Source: Candidatus Spongiisociaceae bacterium (GTDB taxonomy: Bacteria; Actinomycetota; Acidimicrobiia; Spongiisociales; Spongiisociaceae). From it: 64,000 nt of DNA. The stretch spans positions 2,496,001-2,560,000 of the forward strand of contig CBDCOH010000002.1 in assembly GCA_965219685.1 (NCBI GenBank). The letters run 5' to 3'. The notes beneath the pieces were generated by a model that made no database searches, was not told where the DNA came from, and saw nothing but the letters and a program-made list of their open reading frames with translations. Positions 20,994 through 31,040 of the stretch are shown one piece after another (within the stretch, counting starts at the first letter, position 1; each line of letters begins with the position of its first letter). The translations under genes were made by a program, and so were the position numbers.

Positions 20994-21960
20994 ACACTTC
21001 GGGGTTGGCGCAGTAGGGCATCTTGCTGCCGCGCAAGGCCGCGATCAGGTTCTCCGCGGCCCGCTCCGCCATGAGCCTGCGGGTCCTCACGGTGGCACTC
21101 CCTATGTGCGGCACTACGAGGCAGTTCGGGAGGGACACGAGCCGGTGGGACGAGGGCAACGGCTCAGGGTCGGTGACGTCCAGCCCCGCCGCGGCGATCC
21201 ATCTGCAGGTGAGAGCCTCCACGAGCGCATCGGTGTCTACCACCTGGCCCCTGGATGCGTTGACTAGGGTGGCGGTCGGTTTCATCATGGCGAGCGCGCT
21301 CCGATCGATCAGCCCGTAGGTTCCTGGGTTGAGACTGGTGAGCACCACCACATGGTCCGACTCCGCGAGAAGGGCTTCGAACGAGCGGAACTCGACTCCC
21401 AGCCTCTCCTCGGCGAGGTGGTCGCGCGACCGCTTGTTGTAGAGCACCCGCATCCGGAAGCCGCCCGCCCGCCGGGCCACCGCCCTCCCGATGCGGCCCA
21501 GTCCCACGATGCCGAGGGTGGAGCCATGCAGGTCGCGACCGAGCAGCGCAGCCGGATCCCATTCCCCCCATCGACCCTCTAAGACGTCTTCCATGCCCTC
21601 CCGGAACCTCCGGGCTGCTGCGATCAGCAATCCGAACGCCGTGTCAGCGGTCGTCTCGGTGAGAACATCAGGCGTGTGACCCACCGGGATTCCGCGTTCG
21701 GTGCAAGCGGACAGGTCCACGTTGTCGACGCCCACCGCCATCTGGCTGACCGCGGCCAGCCGCGGCGCCGCAGCCAGCAACTCTCGATCGATCCCGTCGG
21801 TGAGCATGCAATACAGGCCCTGTGCATCACGCACCCTCTCCAACAGCTCATCCCTCGGAATGGCTCGATTCTCAGGCCACATCCAAACGTCCGACACCGG
21901 CCTGAGCCGCTCGACGATGGATCCAGGCGGGTTCCTTGTCACAACGACCTGCGGCGGCAC
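20986..21960 (-). CDS. D-2-hydroxyacid dehydrogenase (glyoxylate/hydroxypyruvate reductase-like)
   Basis: AVGVDNVD, GLGRIG, NASRG, LDVTDPEP, PHIGSAT. Confidence 0.92.
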   Translation of the reverse strand: MPPQVVVTRNPPGSIVERLRPVSDVWMWPENRAIPRDELLERVRDAQGLYCMLTDGIDRELLAAAPRLAAVSQMAVGVDNVDLSACTERGIPVGHTPDVLTETTADTAFGLLIAAARRFREGMEDVLEGRWGEWDPAALLGRDLHGSTLGIVGLGRIGRAVARRAGGFRMRVLYNKRSRDHLAEERLGVEFRSFEALLAESDHVVVLTSLNPGTYGLIDRSALAMMKPTATLVNASRGQVVDTDALVEALTCRWIAAAGLDVTDPEPLPSSHRLVSLPNCLVVPHIGSATVRTRRLMAERAAENLIAALRGSKMPYCANPEVYW

Positions 21961-22043
21961 CAGCCCTCCAATCCGATCAGGCGCACCAATCTACCGATGG
22001 CCGCCCTCCAAGCCTTGGGATCGAGTCCCCGGAGGCGGGAAGA

Positions 22044-23894
22044 TCAGTCTCCGTACAGCTTCTCGATCTCGACCGAGTACCGCTCCAGAACCACGCGGCG
22101 CTTCATCTTCAAGGAAGGTGTGAGCTCGCCGGTCTCGGGCGACCAGGCATCCGGAGCCACGAACCACTTCCTGGCTTGCTCGACCCGGGCAACCTGTTCG
22201 TTGGCCGATTCGACGATACCTTGCACCTCCTCAAGAACTTGAGGCGCCCGGCTGAAGTCCTCGAAACTCCGATACTCCATCCCGTTACTCTCGGCCCACC
22301 CTGGCGCCATATCGGGATCGAGCGCCACCAGCAAGGTGAGATACCGGCGTCCGTCACCGACGACACATGCCTGCGAGACCAGAGAATGCTTGTTGATGAG
22401 GTTCTCCAATCTGGCCGGCGCCACGTTCTTCCCGCCGGCAGTGATGATGATCTCCTTCTTACGGCCGATGATGGTGAGGAACCCACGGTCATCCAGACGG
22501 CCCAGGTCACCGGTGCGCAGCCATCCGTCCTCGCCGAATGCCTCGGCAGTCCCGGCCTCATCCTTGTAGTAGCCCCCCGTGACCAGGCCGCCGCGGATGA
22601 GGATCTCGTCGTCCTCGGCCGTGGCGATCTCGACGCCGGGCATGGCGCAGCCGACAGTCCCGATCCGGTCGAGACCGGAACGGTTTGTCGTGCCAGGGCC
22701 CGACGACTCGGTCATCCCGTAGAGCTCGTACACGGGAATGCCGATCCCCCTGAAGAACATCAGAAGGTCAGCCGAGATCGGTGCAGCAGCCGAGATGGCC
22801 AGTTTGAGTTCATCCAGACCCAAGCCATGGCGGATCTTCGAGAAGACCAGATGGTCGAAGAGACCGAGCTTGATCCGGTCGATCAATCCGGGTCGCCCTC
22901 CGGCAAGCCGGATGCGCTGTGCCTTTGCAGCCAGTTCCACCGCGGCGAGAGCCAGAGCCCGCTTGCGGGCGTTCGGGTTCTCGTTCAGCTTGGCCATCAA
23001 GCCGGCATGGAATTTCTCCCACACCCGGGGGACGGCGAAGAAGACCTCAGGTCGAGTCTCCTGTACAGCCGGGGCTACCTGGGTGATCTCAGGGACATAG
23101 CGCACCGATCCGACGAACCACATCCCCGCGTAGTGGCTCACCATCCGCTCACCGATATGGGCGAGGGGCAGGTAGGAGATCAGCCGTACATTCTCGGGGA
23201 TCTCCGAGAAGGTCCGGTTGACACACTCGAGCGTCCACAGCACGTTGCGGTGGCTGATCATCACCGCCTTGGGTGTTCCGGTGGTACCGGAGGTGTATAT
23301 GAGGGTGGCGAGGTCGTCCTGGGAGACCTCCGCCGAGGAGCGCTCGACCAGCCCGGAGTCCTTCTCCAACTCGGCCTGTCCCCTGGCAACGAGGTCGTCC
23401 CAGGAGATAACACCATCGCTCGCCGCGCCGTCCGGCGGATCCATCACGACGACATGGCTGAGATCCGGCAACTCTCCTCGGATCTGGCCCCACCGCTCGA
23501 GGTATCCGGCGTTTTCGACGATGGCTACCTTGGCGGAACAGTGATCGGCGATGTAACGGATCTGAGACGGCGCGAGAGTGTTGTAGAACGACACAGGCAC
23601 CGCCCCCGCACAAACGGCGCCAAGATCCGCAATGACGTGCTCGGGCCGGTTGCCGGCCATCAGGCCCACGAAGTCACCCTTGCCGACACCGAGGGATCGC
23701 AGGCCCGCGGCGACCTCCCTCACTTTCTGGCGATACGCCGCCCAACTCAGCGTGCGGAGTCCGTCGTGTGCCGACCAGCGGATGGCGGGAAGGCTGCCGA
23801 AGCGCTCCGCGTTCCGGTCGAGCAGGTCCACAAGGGTCATGTCGCCGATCGTCTCGGCGATCTCTCGTCGTTCCCGTTCTATGTCCCTCAGCAT
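22044..23894 (-). CDS. Long-chain fatty-acid--CoA ligase (FadD15-like)
   Basis: YTSGTTGTPK, LPLAH, YGMTE, RTGDLG, GRKKE, LTPSLKMKR. Confidence 0.92.
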   Translation of the reverse strand: MLRDIERERREIAETIGDMTLVDLLDRNAERFGSLPAIRWSAHDGLRTLSWAAYRQKVREVAAGLRSLGVGKGDFVGLMAGNRPEHVIADLGAVCAGAVPVSFYNTLAPSQIRYIADHCSAKVAIVENAGYLERWGQIRGELPDLSHVVVMDPPDGAASDGVISWDDLVARGQAELEKDSGLVERSSAEVSQDDLATLIYTSGTTGTPKAVMISHRNVLWTLECVNRTFSEIPENVRLISYLPLAHIGERMVSHYAGMWFVGSVRYVPEITQVAPAVQETRPEVFFAVPRVWEKFHAGLMAKLNENPNARKRALALAAVELAAKAQRIRLAGGRPGLIDRIKLGLFDHLVFSKIRHGLGLDELKLAISAAAPISADLLMFFRGIGIPVYELYGMTESSGPGTTNRSGLDRIGTVGCAMPGVEIATAEDDEILIRGGLVTGGYYKDEAGTAEAFGEDGWLRTGDLGRLDDRGFLTIIGRKKEIIITAGGKNVAPARLENLINKHSLVSQACVVGDGRRYLTLLVALDPDMAPGWAESNGMEYRSFEDFSRAPQVLEEVQGIVESANEQVARVEQARKWFVAPDAWSPETGELTPSLKMKRRVVLERYSVEIEKLYGD

Positions 23895-24089
23895 GTATTC
23901 GCTCCTCGAAGACGGTCCGGCCCGCCGAGTCTACCGAGGTCGCCCTGAAATGGCGGGCAATGAGTGGCGATTCGATTCGGACTCTCCCGCCTTACGAGCC
24001 GGGATCAAGCACCCGAAATACGGTTGGGATCTATCGAGCTCCTGAATCGGACGAGGTCCGCTGCCGGACCCGGAGCGCCGGGCAGTTGG

Positions 24090-25955
24090 TCAACTGCAGT
24101 ACATCTGTTCGATCCGAGGGAAGTAGCGCTCCAATACAACGGCCCGTCTCACCCTAAGAGTGTGCGACAGTTCCCCGGTCTCGGGCGACCATGCGTCGGG
24201 GATGATGCACCAACTCTGGACCTGGTCGGCAGGATCCACCCGGCTGTTGGCAGAATCGACTACCCGCCCTACTTCGTCGAGCACCTGCTGCGCCCGGCTC
24301 AGGTCCTCGAGATCGTCGAATTCGATCCCCCTGCTGGTCGCCCAGCCCGGAGCCAGGCGAGTATCGAGAGCGATCAACATCGTCAGGTAGTCCCGCCCCT
24401 CACCTACCAGACAAACCTGCCCTATGGGGGTGTTCCAACCAACCATCGTCTCCAACTCGAGAGGCAACACGCCGCCGCGGGTGGTCTGAATCAGATCGTC
24501 CTTGCGACCGAGATAAGTAAGGAAGCCGCTGTCGTCGATGCGCCCCAGGTCGCCCGTGTGGAGCCACTCGTCCTTGTCGATTGCCTTCCGGGTCGCCTCG
24601 GGATCGCCGTAGTACCCGCTGGCCACCAACCCGCCACGCATGAGTATCTCGCCGTCATCGGCCGTCGCGACCTCCATGCCGGGCAAGGGATGGCCGACGG
24701 AGCCGAAACGGTTGGAACCGGGGAGATTGGTACAACCGGTGCCCGAGGCCTCGGTGAGGCCATAGAGTTCGAACAACGGAACACCGATTGCAGTGAAGAA
24801 GAGGAGCAGGTTGCGGGAGATGGGCGATCCGGCGGAGATGGCCACTTCGACCTCGTCCAACCCCAGCGCCTCGCGAATCTTCGAAAAGAGGACCCGTTCG
24901 AAGAAACGGAGCTTCGTCGCCTCGACCAATCCCGGCCGCTCCCCGGCCTGCTGCTTCCTCGTGACCGCCACTGCCAGTTCGATGGCCTCCGCGGCCATCG
25001 CGCGCTTGCGGGCGCTGGGCTCTTCCTCCATGCCGGCGACCAGGTGTCCGTGGAAGATCTCCCAAACGCGGGCAGGAGCGAAAAAGGCGGTCGGTCGGGC
25101 GTGACGTATGCCATCGACAAGATCGTCGGGATTCGGAATGCACCGGATCGAACCCGCGATGCACAACGAGTTGTAATGGTTCGCCATTCGCTCGCTGATG
25201 TGAGCCAAGGGCAGGTATGAGATGAGCCTCAAATGAGGCTTCACGTGCGGGAAGGCGAGCCGGGAGCACTCGACGAGCCAGATAGCCTGGCGATGGGTGG
25301 CCATTACGCCCTTCGGCGGACCCGTCGTCCCGGGTGTGTACGAGACCGTTAGCAGGTCGTCCTGCATGACCTCGGCCGACGAACGGTCGACCATCTCGGG
25401 ATCCTCCTCCATGGCGGCTGCTCCCTTCGCCACCAGTTCCGCCCAGGAGATCACTCCGTTGCCTCCGGCCTCCGGTGCCAAGTCCAGAACTACCAGGTGC
25501 TGGAGTTGCGGGAGTTCTTGCCTGACCTCCTCCCACCGCCTCAGGTGCTCCGCGTTCTCGACCACGACCACCTCGGCTTCGCAATGGGCTGCGATGTAGG
25601 ACATCTCCGGCGGTGTCAGGCTCTCGTACAGGGACACGGGGAACGCGCCTGCATGGACAACGCCGAGATCGGCGATGAAGTGCTCGGCCCGCGTGCTCAT
25701 CATGAGACCTACGAAGGCGCCGCTCTCGATCCCCAGAGCTAGGAGGCCGGCGGCGAACTCCCTGGCCTTCTCACGGTAAGCCGCCCATGTGATGGTCCGG
25801 ACACCCTCATCGGTGGACCACTGGAGAGCCGGGAGGTTGCCGTAGCGGCGGGCGTTGCGATCCAACAGATCGACGAGCGTCCGGTCGCCGACAGATTCGT
25901 CTATTTCGCGGCGTTCTCGTTCGATGCCCCGCTTGTATCTAGGCCTGAACAACAC
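24090..25955 (-). CDS. Long-chain acyl-CoA ligase paralog with altered motifs (start uncertain; ORF open to 26012)
   Basis: Colinear with its neighbour; YTPGTTGPPKG, YGLTE, HTGDLG, LSHTLRVRR. Confidence 0.85.
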   Translation of the reverse strand: MLFRPRYKRGIERERREIDESVGDRTLVDLLDRNARRYGNLPALQWSTDEGVRTITWAAYREKAREFAAGLLALGIESGAFVGLMMSTRAEHFIADLGVVHAGAFPVSLYESLTPPEMSYIAAHCEAEVVVVENAEHLRRWEEVRQELPQLQHLVVLDLAPEAGGNGVISWAELVAKGAAAMEEDPEMVDRSSAEVMQDDLLTVSYTPGTTGPPKGVMATHRQAIWLVECSRLAFPHVKPHLRLISYLPLAHISERMANHYNSLCIAGSIRCIPNPDDLVDGIRHARPTAFFAPARVWEIFHGHLVAGMEEEPSARKRAMAAEAIELAVAVTRKQQAGERPGLVEATKLRFFERVLFSKIREALGLDEVEVAISAGSPISRNLLLFFTAIGVPLFELYGLTEASGTGCTNLPGSNRFGSVGHPLPGMEVATADDGEILMRGGLVASGYYGDPEATRKAIDKDEWLHTGDLGRIDDSGFLTYLGRKDDLIQTTRGGVLPLELETMVGWNTPIGQVCLVGEGRDYLTMLIALDTRLAPGWATSRGIEFDDLEDLSRAQQVLDEVGRVVDSANSRVDPADQVQSWCIIPDAWSPETGELSHTLRVRRAVVLERYFPRIEQMYCS

Positions 25956-26236
25956 GGTGGCATCAGCTCCCCGGTTGACAAATGCCCCTAGCCCGAAGAT
26001 TACCTCAAGCACCTATAGGAATTGCCCTATTCGTTGAAATCAGGCTGCAGACCTCCCCTCGAGACCCTCGTGATCGAACTATCACTGCAACATGCGCTGC
26101 TGGATCCCGCGACCGAGCGATGGTCCCGGCCGGGCGGAACTGTCCTACGAAGCTATCATCCGGTTGCCGACCGTCACCACTCGGACACCATCCGCGGGGC
26201 GGGCGGGCCGCCTACACAAGCCACCCCCGAGGCACC

Positions 26237-26791
26237 ATGAGACAGGTCTCTTTTTCCCGTATGGAGGACGGCACCAGGGAGGACTACGAACTCCTCGACC
26301 GGCTCGAACGGGAACTCCATACCGATTACGCCGATCGCCTCCTCGAGTGGGTGCAGTGGAACGAGGGCGAAACCGGATACAGGATCAGCCGGTTCGAACA
26401 CGTCCTTCAGTCGGCGACCCGCGCCTACCGCGACGGGCGGGACGAGGAGTTCGTCGTCTGCTGCCTGCTCCACGACATCGGAGACCTCATCTCCCCCTAC
26501 AACCACAGCCAAGCCGCCGCGGACATCCTGAGGCCCTACGTATCGGAGAAGAACTACTGGATCATCCGCCACCACGGTCTCTTCCAGGGGTACTACTACT
26601 TCCATCACTTCGGCGGGGACCGCAACGCCCGAGATGCCTACAGAGATCACCCCTGGTACCACGACACGGTCGAATTCTGCGCGAAGTACGACCAGAACTG
26701 CTTCGATCCCGACTACGAGTCGCTACCGCTGGACTTCTTCGAACCCATGGTGAGACGGGTGTTCAGCCTCCGCAGGCAAGATACGTGGTGA
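26237..26791 (+). CDS. HD-domain metalloenzyme (PhnZ/TmpB/MIOX-like ligand pattern)
   Basis: EHVLQSA, LLHDIGD, YNH, RHHG, YDQ. Confidence 0.8.
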   Translation: MRQVSFSRMEDGTREDYELLDRLERELHTDYADRLLEWVQWNEGETGYRISRFEHVLQSATRAYRDGRDEEFVVCCLLHDIGDLISPYNHSQAAADILRPYVSEKNYWIIRHHGLFQGYYYFHHFGGDRNARDAYRDHPWYHDTVEFCAKYDQNCFDPDYESLPLDFFEPMVRRVFSLRRQDTW

Positions 26792-26880
26792 GTGGTGAGT
26801 GGTGAGTGGTGAATGGTGAATGGTGAATGGTGAATGGTGAATGGTGAATGGTGAACACCTAGCACCTAACCCCTAACACC
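26786..26880. repeat. (TGGTGAG)x3 (TGGTGAA)x7 followed by oppositely oriented CACCTA(G/A)-type units
   Basis: Read directly; includes the stop codons of both convergent genes. Confidence 0.95.
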
Positions 26881-27612
26881 CGACGAGATTCTTCCGGCGG
26901 CGTCGGCTACCACCGCGGCGATCGCGTCAGGATCCGCCTGGCCCGGGAACCGGTACGCGGGCCCGTGGACATGGATGGCGGCTTCGACCCGTCCGTGACC
27001 GTCATATACCGGGGATGCGACCGAACTGATGCCCTCGGCGAACTCCTCCACGACCCATGCGGACCCGTCGCTGCGGATCCGTTCCAACCGCTCCCGTAGC
27101 AGCCTCGGGTCGGTCACCGTGTTTCGCGTGTAGGCGTTCAACCCGCCACCGATGTAGCTGTCCACTTGTTGCTCGGGCCAATGGGCCAGGATGACCAGGC
27201 CTGATGGCACCACGTGCATCGGGAGCAGGGTTCCCGTCCAATCCCGAACCTGGATGTTGTTAAGCGCGTCCTCTTGAGCCACGTAGTGGACCTTGTTCCC
27301 GTCGGGTACCGACAACCCTGCGTCCTCCCCAACCTCGCGGGCCAGCATCGCGAGGTGCGGGCGCGACCTGAAGACCAGGTCGGCGACCCGGTTCGGGCCT
27401 GCGCCCAGACCGAAGACCCTCGGACCGATGCGGTAGGTGGCGTTCGGATCGACGCGCTCGACCGCCTTCAAGTCCAGCAGGGTGTTGACGATCCGGGCCA
27501 CGGTGCTCTTAGGCATCTCCAACCGCACAGCCAACTCGGTGACGCCCAGCTCGGAAGCGGATATGGCGTCGAGCAACTGAAACGCCCGTGCGATCGACTG
27601 GACTCTGGCCAT
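26866..27612 (-). CDS. IclR-family transcriptional regulator
   Basis: VQSIARAFQLL, PKSTV HTH, GISSVASPV. Confidence 0.93.
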   Translation of the reverse strand: MARVQSIARAFQLLDAISASELGVTELAVRLEMPKSTVARIVNTLLDLKAVERVDPNATYRIGPRVFGLGAGPNRVADLVFRSRPHLAMLAREVGEDAGLSVPDGNKVHYVAQEDALNNIQVRDWTGTLLPMHVVPSGLVILAHWPEQQVDSYIGGGLNAYTRNTVTDPRLLRERLERIRSDGSAWVVEEFAEGISSVASPVYDGHGRVEAAIHVHGPAYRFPGQADPDAIAAVVADAAGRISSGVRG

Positions 27613-27767
27613 CGGCCTCTCCCGCGACTGTCAGTCCTTGAAAGTACCACATGGTGGAACAGTCTCGAAGAGCGGAACATGAGGGAGTCGGCGCTGATGA
27701 GGACGCTGCCCCGAGTGTTGACATCCGGCGTGATTGGTAGGCTCGGAGCCGGAAAGGAGACATCCCC

Positions 27768-28484
27768 TTGGCTACACCCCACATCTCGGCGCCCGAGGGT
27801 GCCTTTGCCCCATCCATCCTGTTGCCCGGCGACCCCCTTCGTGCCCGCTACATCGCCGAGACCTTCCTCGACAATGCCGTCGAGGTCACATCGGTCCGCA
27901 ACATGCTCGGATTCACGGGTTCCTACCGCGGAACCGCCGTGTCGACCATGGGCACCGGCATGGGTATGCCGTCGGCATCGATCTACCTGACGGAGTTGAC
28001 CCGCTTCTACGGAGTCAGGCGCCTTGTCCGGGTAGGTAGCTGCGGCGGTATCTCCACGGATGTGAAGATGCGGGAAGTGATTCTCGCCATCGGCGCCTCC
28101 ACCGATTCGGGGACCAATCGAACCCGTTACAACGGGTGGGACTACGCCGCCACGGCGAACTTCGATCTGCTCAGGGCAGCCTCCGACGCGGCCTCTGCGA
28201 TGGGGATCCGGACCCACGTCGGGAACCTGCACTCATCGGACCTCTTCTACAACAGCTATCAGAACTCTCTGGAGGTCTGGCAGCGCATGGGGATCCTCGC
28301 GGTGGAGATGGAGGCCGCCTCCCTCTATGCGATCGCCGCGGAGGAGCGGGCCCAAGCGTTGGCCATCGTCACGGTGTCCGATCACCTGGTTACCGGTGAG
28401 GAAACTTCCTCGGCTGAACGCGAACGAACCTTTGACAGCATGGTGAAGATCGCTCTGGAGGCTCTGCACGGTGGTGAGTGGTGA
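27768..28484 (+). CDS. deoD: Purine nucleoside phosphorylase, DeoD type
   Basis: TPHI, PGDPLRA, GMGMPS, RVGSCG, VEMEAA, VSDHL. Confidence 0.96.
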   Translation: MATPHISAPEGAFAPSILLPGDPLRARYIAETFLDNAVEVTSVRNMLGFTGSYRGTAVSTMGTGMGMPSASIYLTELTRFYGVRRLVRVGSCGGISTDVKMREVILAIGASTDSGTNRTRYNGWDYAATANFDLLRAASDAASAMGIRTHVGNLHSSDLFYNSYQNSLEVWQRMGILAVEMEAASLYAIAAEERAQALAIVTVSDHLVTGEETSSAERERTFDSMVKIALEALHGGEW

Positions 28485-28506
28485 GTGGTGAGTGGTGAGT
28501 GGTGAG
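28472..28506. repeat. (TGGTGAG)x5 overlapping the deoD stop
   Basis: Read directly. Confidence 0.95.
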
Positions 28507-28579
28507 TTGTTGTCCCCTCCGTTGTCCGTCTCCGTGAGCTGGTAACTATCCTTGCCTGACCCCGCGTGGAAGGACTCCG

Positions 28580-29032
28580 ATGTTTGAGATTCTGCTGTTC
28601 GTTCACCTACTGGGGGTAGCAGCGTGGTTTGGCGCCAATCTGGCCCGGGCCTTCGCTGGTGGTCCCATGTCGAAGGCAGACCCGGCGACCGCGGCGAGTT
28701 GGCACCGAGCGACGGTCTCCATGGGGAGGGTGATCCACACTCCCGCGGCGATAGCGGTGTTCATCACCGGCTTCGGTCTCGTAGGCCTGTCGGAAGGTGT
28801 CTACGAGATGACTGCCCCCTTCGTCATAGTCGGCATCGCGGTGGTTGTGGTGGGGGCGGTTCTCGCCATGAGCGTGCTCGGGCCGAACGGAAGACGGATC
28901 GCTTCGGCATACGAAGCTGGCGACAGCGCTCTCGCCGAGACTGTAGCCCGCAGGTCTGCCGTGGTCGGTTGGGTCGATACGCTGCTGCTCGCCTTCGCGA
29001 CCCTGGTAATGGTGCTGCGCTGGGGGGCTTGA
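28580..29032 (+). CDS. Four-TM membrane protein (DUF2269-like)
   Basis: LLFVHLL...WFG, ITGFGL, four hydrophobic segments, C-terminal MV. Confidence 0.75.
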   Translation: MFEILLFVHLLGVAAWFGANLARAFAGGPMSKADPATAASWHRATVSMGRVIHTPAAIAVFITGFGLVGLSEGVYEMTAPFVIVGIAVVVVGAVLAMSVLGPNGRRIASAYEAGDSALAETVARRSAVVGWVDTLLLAFATLVMVLRWGA

Positions 29033-29081
29033 GCCCGTTGTCCGCTGTCCGTGCGGAAAAACACAGATTAGCAATCGTTAG

Positions 29082-29114
29082 TCACCACTCACCACTCACC
29101 ACTCACCACTCACC
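29082..29114. repeat. (TCACCAC) about 5 units overlapping the stop of the FAD oxidoreductase
   Basis: Read directly; reverse complement of the 28472 tract. Confidence 0.93.
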
Positions 29115-30219
29115 TGAGCCTGTCAGGAGAATAGTCCTCAACCCGCACCCCGAATCGCAGATAGTCATCGGGCGGCTGTCCGTTGACGATTATGGACGCG
29201 GCGAGGCGACCGGCTCCTGGCGAAGTCTGGATACCCGTGCCTCCCTGTGCAGCGAGCCAGAAGAACCCGTCGGTAGACCTATCGAACCCGATAACCATCG
29301 AGCGGTCGGCAACGAACGACCGCAGACCGGTCCAAGAGGAGCGCACGGTGCGGATGCCCAAGGACGTCGCTCGATTGATGCGGTCGATGGCCAACGCTAT
29401 GTCGACTTCTTGGGGACGGGCATCGCACGGAGGGGAGGGCTTCTCTTCTGCCGGAGAACAGAGCAATTGCTCGCCATCGGGCTTGAAGTACCAACGTTGG
29501 TCTATGTCCACCACCACGGGCCAGTCGGACCACTCCGGCCGGCCGGGAACCATGAACGCGGTACGACGCAGTGGGGTCAGTCCGATCGGCTCGACCCCCG
29601 CCATCTCGGCTACGAGATCGCACCATGCCCCTGCCGCGTTGACCACCACCGGGGTGGTGATGGTGTCTCCGGGAACGTGCACCTTCCAGCAACCATGCGA
29701 GCGGGTCAGGGCCTTGACCGGAGAAGATGTCCGGATCGTCGCTCCCGACCGGCGCATGCCCCGGACGAACGCCTGGTGAAGACCGGCGACATCCAGATCA
29801 GCAGCCTGAGGCTCCAGGAGGGCGCCTCCAAGCAGTTCGGCCCTTATCACCGGTACCATCGCACGCACCTCGGAAGGGCTGATCGATTGGAGGCCAATCC
29901 CGTGTGATGCCTCAGCTCTCAGGCTCTCCATCTGGCTCGGGCGCGCCACCAGGAGCACTCCCCTCTTCGTGACCAGCGGGACATCGACCAGCGCTTCGGG
30001 TGGACTTCTGAGAAAGCCGAGACTCGCCATGGTGAGTCTCTGGTTCGCCCGGGTACCGTAGCTCTCGTACAGAACCGCCGCCGACCGGCCGGTGGTGTGA
30101 GAGGCGAGTTGCGGCTCCTGCTCCACCAGTATCACGGTACGCCCCGCCTCGGCCAGGTAGTGACCCACGGACACTCCGGCGATCCCGCCGCCGATCACCA
30201 CAGCATCTGCATAGACCAT
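29110..30219 (-). CDS. FAD-dependent oxidoreductase, D-amino acid oxidase/DadA family
   Basis: IGGGIAG, TGRSAA, NAAGAW, WTGLR, QGGTGIQTSP. Confidence 0.9.
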   Translation of the reverse strand: MVYADAVVIGGGIAGVSVGHYLAEAGRTVILVEQEPQLASHTTGRSAAVLYESYGTRANQRLTMASLGFLRSPPEALVDVPLVTKRGVLLVARPSQMESLRAEASHGIGLQSISPSEVRAMVPVIRAELLGGALLEPQAADLDVAGLHQAFVRGMRRSGATIRTSSPVKALTRSHGCWKVHVPGDTITTPVVVNAAGAWCDLVAEMAGVEPIGLTPLRRTAFMVPGRPEWSDWPVVVDIDQRWYFKPDGEQLLCSPAEEKPSPPCDARPQEVDIALAIDRINRATSLGIRTVRSSWTGLRSFVADRSMVIGFDRSTDGFFWLAAQGGTGIQTSPGAGRLAASIIVNGQPPDDYLRFGVRVEDYSPDRLR

Positions 30220-30618
30220 CGAAGGAGCTTAGGAGAACGCCCAGCGAACCGCTCCGACCTGGGTACGCCGGCCACAGGGTCCCGCTCCTCCTCGAAGGCA
30301 GACTCGATGTTCTGCGATAGAAGGTGCAGGCTCAAAGCCGGAAGGCTATCCTGACCTCGGGTTCCCGAGGTTCATCACCCGCTCTGCGTGGGCTCTGAAC
30401 CTCTGGTTCCGTCCCGCCCCGTCCTTCGGAACGATACGAGGAGGTCCCACCAGACCCACATCGGCCGCCGAACACCCGCACCCGATCGGCCCGGGCTCGC
30501 CGAGTCCCCGCACGTGGCCGGTCCACGACCCGGTCCGCTCTCAACACCAACAAGCTGATATAGTCGGGTCCGGTGCGTGCGTCTCCATCACACACCAAGA
30601 AGCTAGAAAGGAAGAGCC

Positions 30619-30957
30619 GTGGCAATTAGCACTGAACGGGAAGGCTGGGTGCTGGTCATCAAGGCTGAGGGCCGGATTGACGGCTCCAATGCCGCACAGT
30701 TCCTAGAGTCCGTCGAAGGCGTCATCGACCAGAACGACAACGCCGTAATCCTGGACTTCACCCAACTAAACTACATCAGTAGTGCTGGACTTAGAATCAT
30801 CCTGCTGATCGCTAAGGACCTTCGCCAACGGAGCGTGAAGTTCGCCGTCTGCTCGCTGTCAAGCTCGGTTCACGAGATCTTCATGATAAGTGGATTCGAT
30901 CAGATTATCGACCTCTATGATGATTCTGCATCCGCTGTTTCAGCAGTGCAGAGTTAG
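30619..30957 (+). CDS. STAS anti-sigma-factor antagonist (RsbV/SpoIIAA-like)
   Basis: GRID, LDF..LNYISSAGL phospho-Ser motif, FMISGF. Confidence 0.92.
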   Translation: MAISTEREGWVLVIKAEGRIDGSNAAQFLESVEGVIDQNDNAVILDFTQLNYISSAGLRIILLIAKDLRQRSVKFAVCSLSSSVHEIFMISGFDQIIDLYDDSASAVSAVQS

Positions 30958-31040
30958 TCACTCTCTCCTAGCACCTTCTCCGACATCATTAACGGAGGGT
31001 GTTGCCACACCGAATGCGACGAGAGTACAGGAGTTCCTAG

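Noticed and set aside
21936-23948. 670-aa plus-strand ORF and other long antisense ORFs (e.g. 3222-4220, 13146-14363, 42254-43645)
   Set aside because: Shadows of well-supported opposite-strand genes in GC-rich DNA; no recognisable motifs
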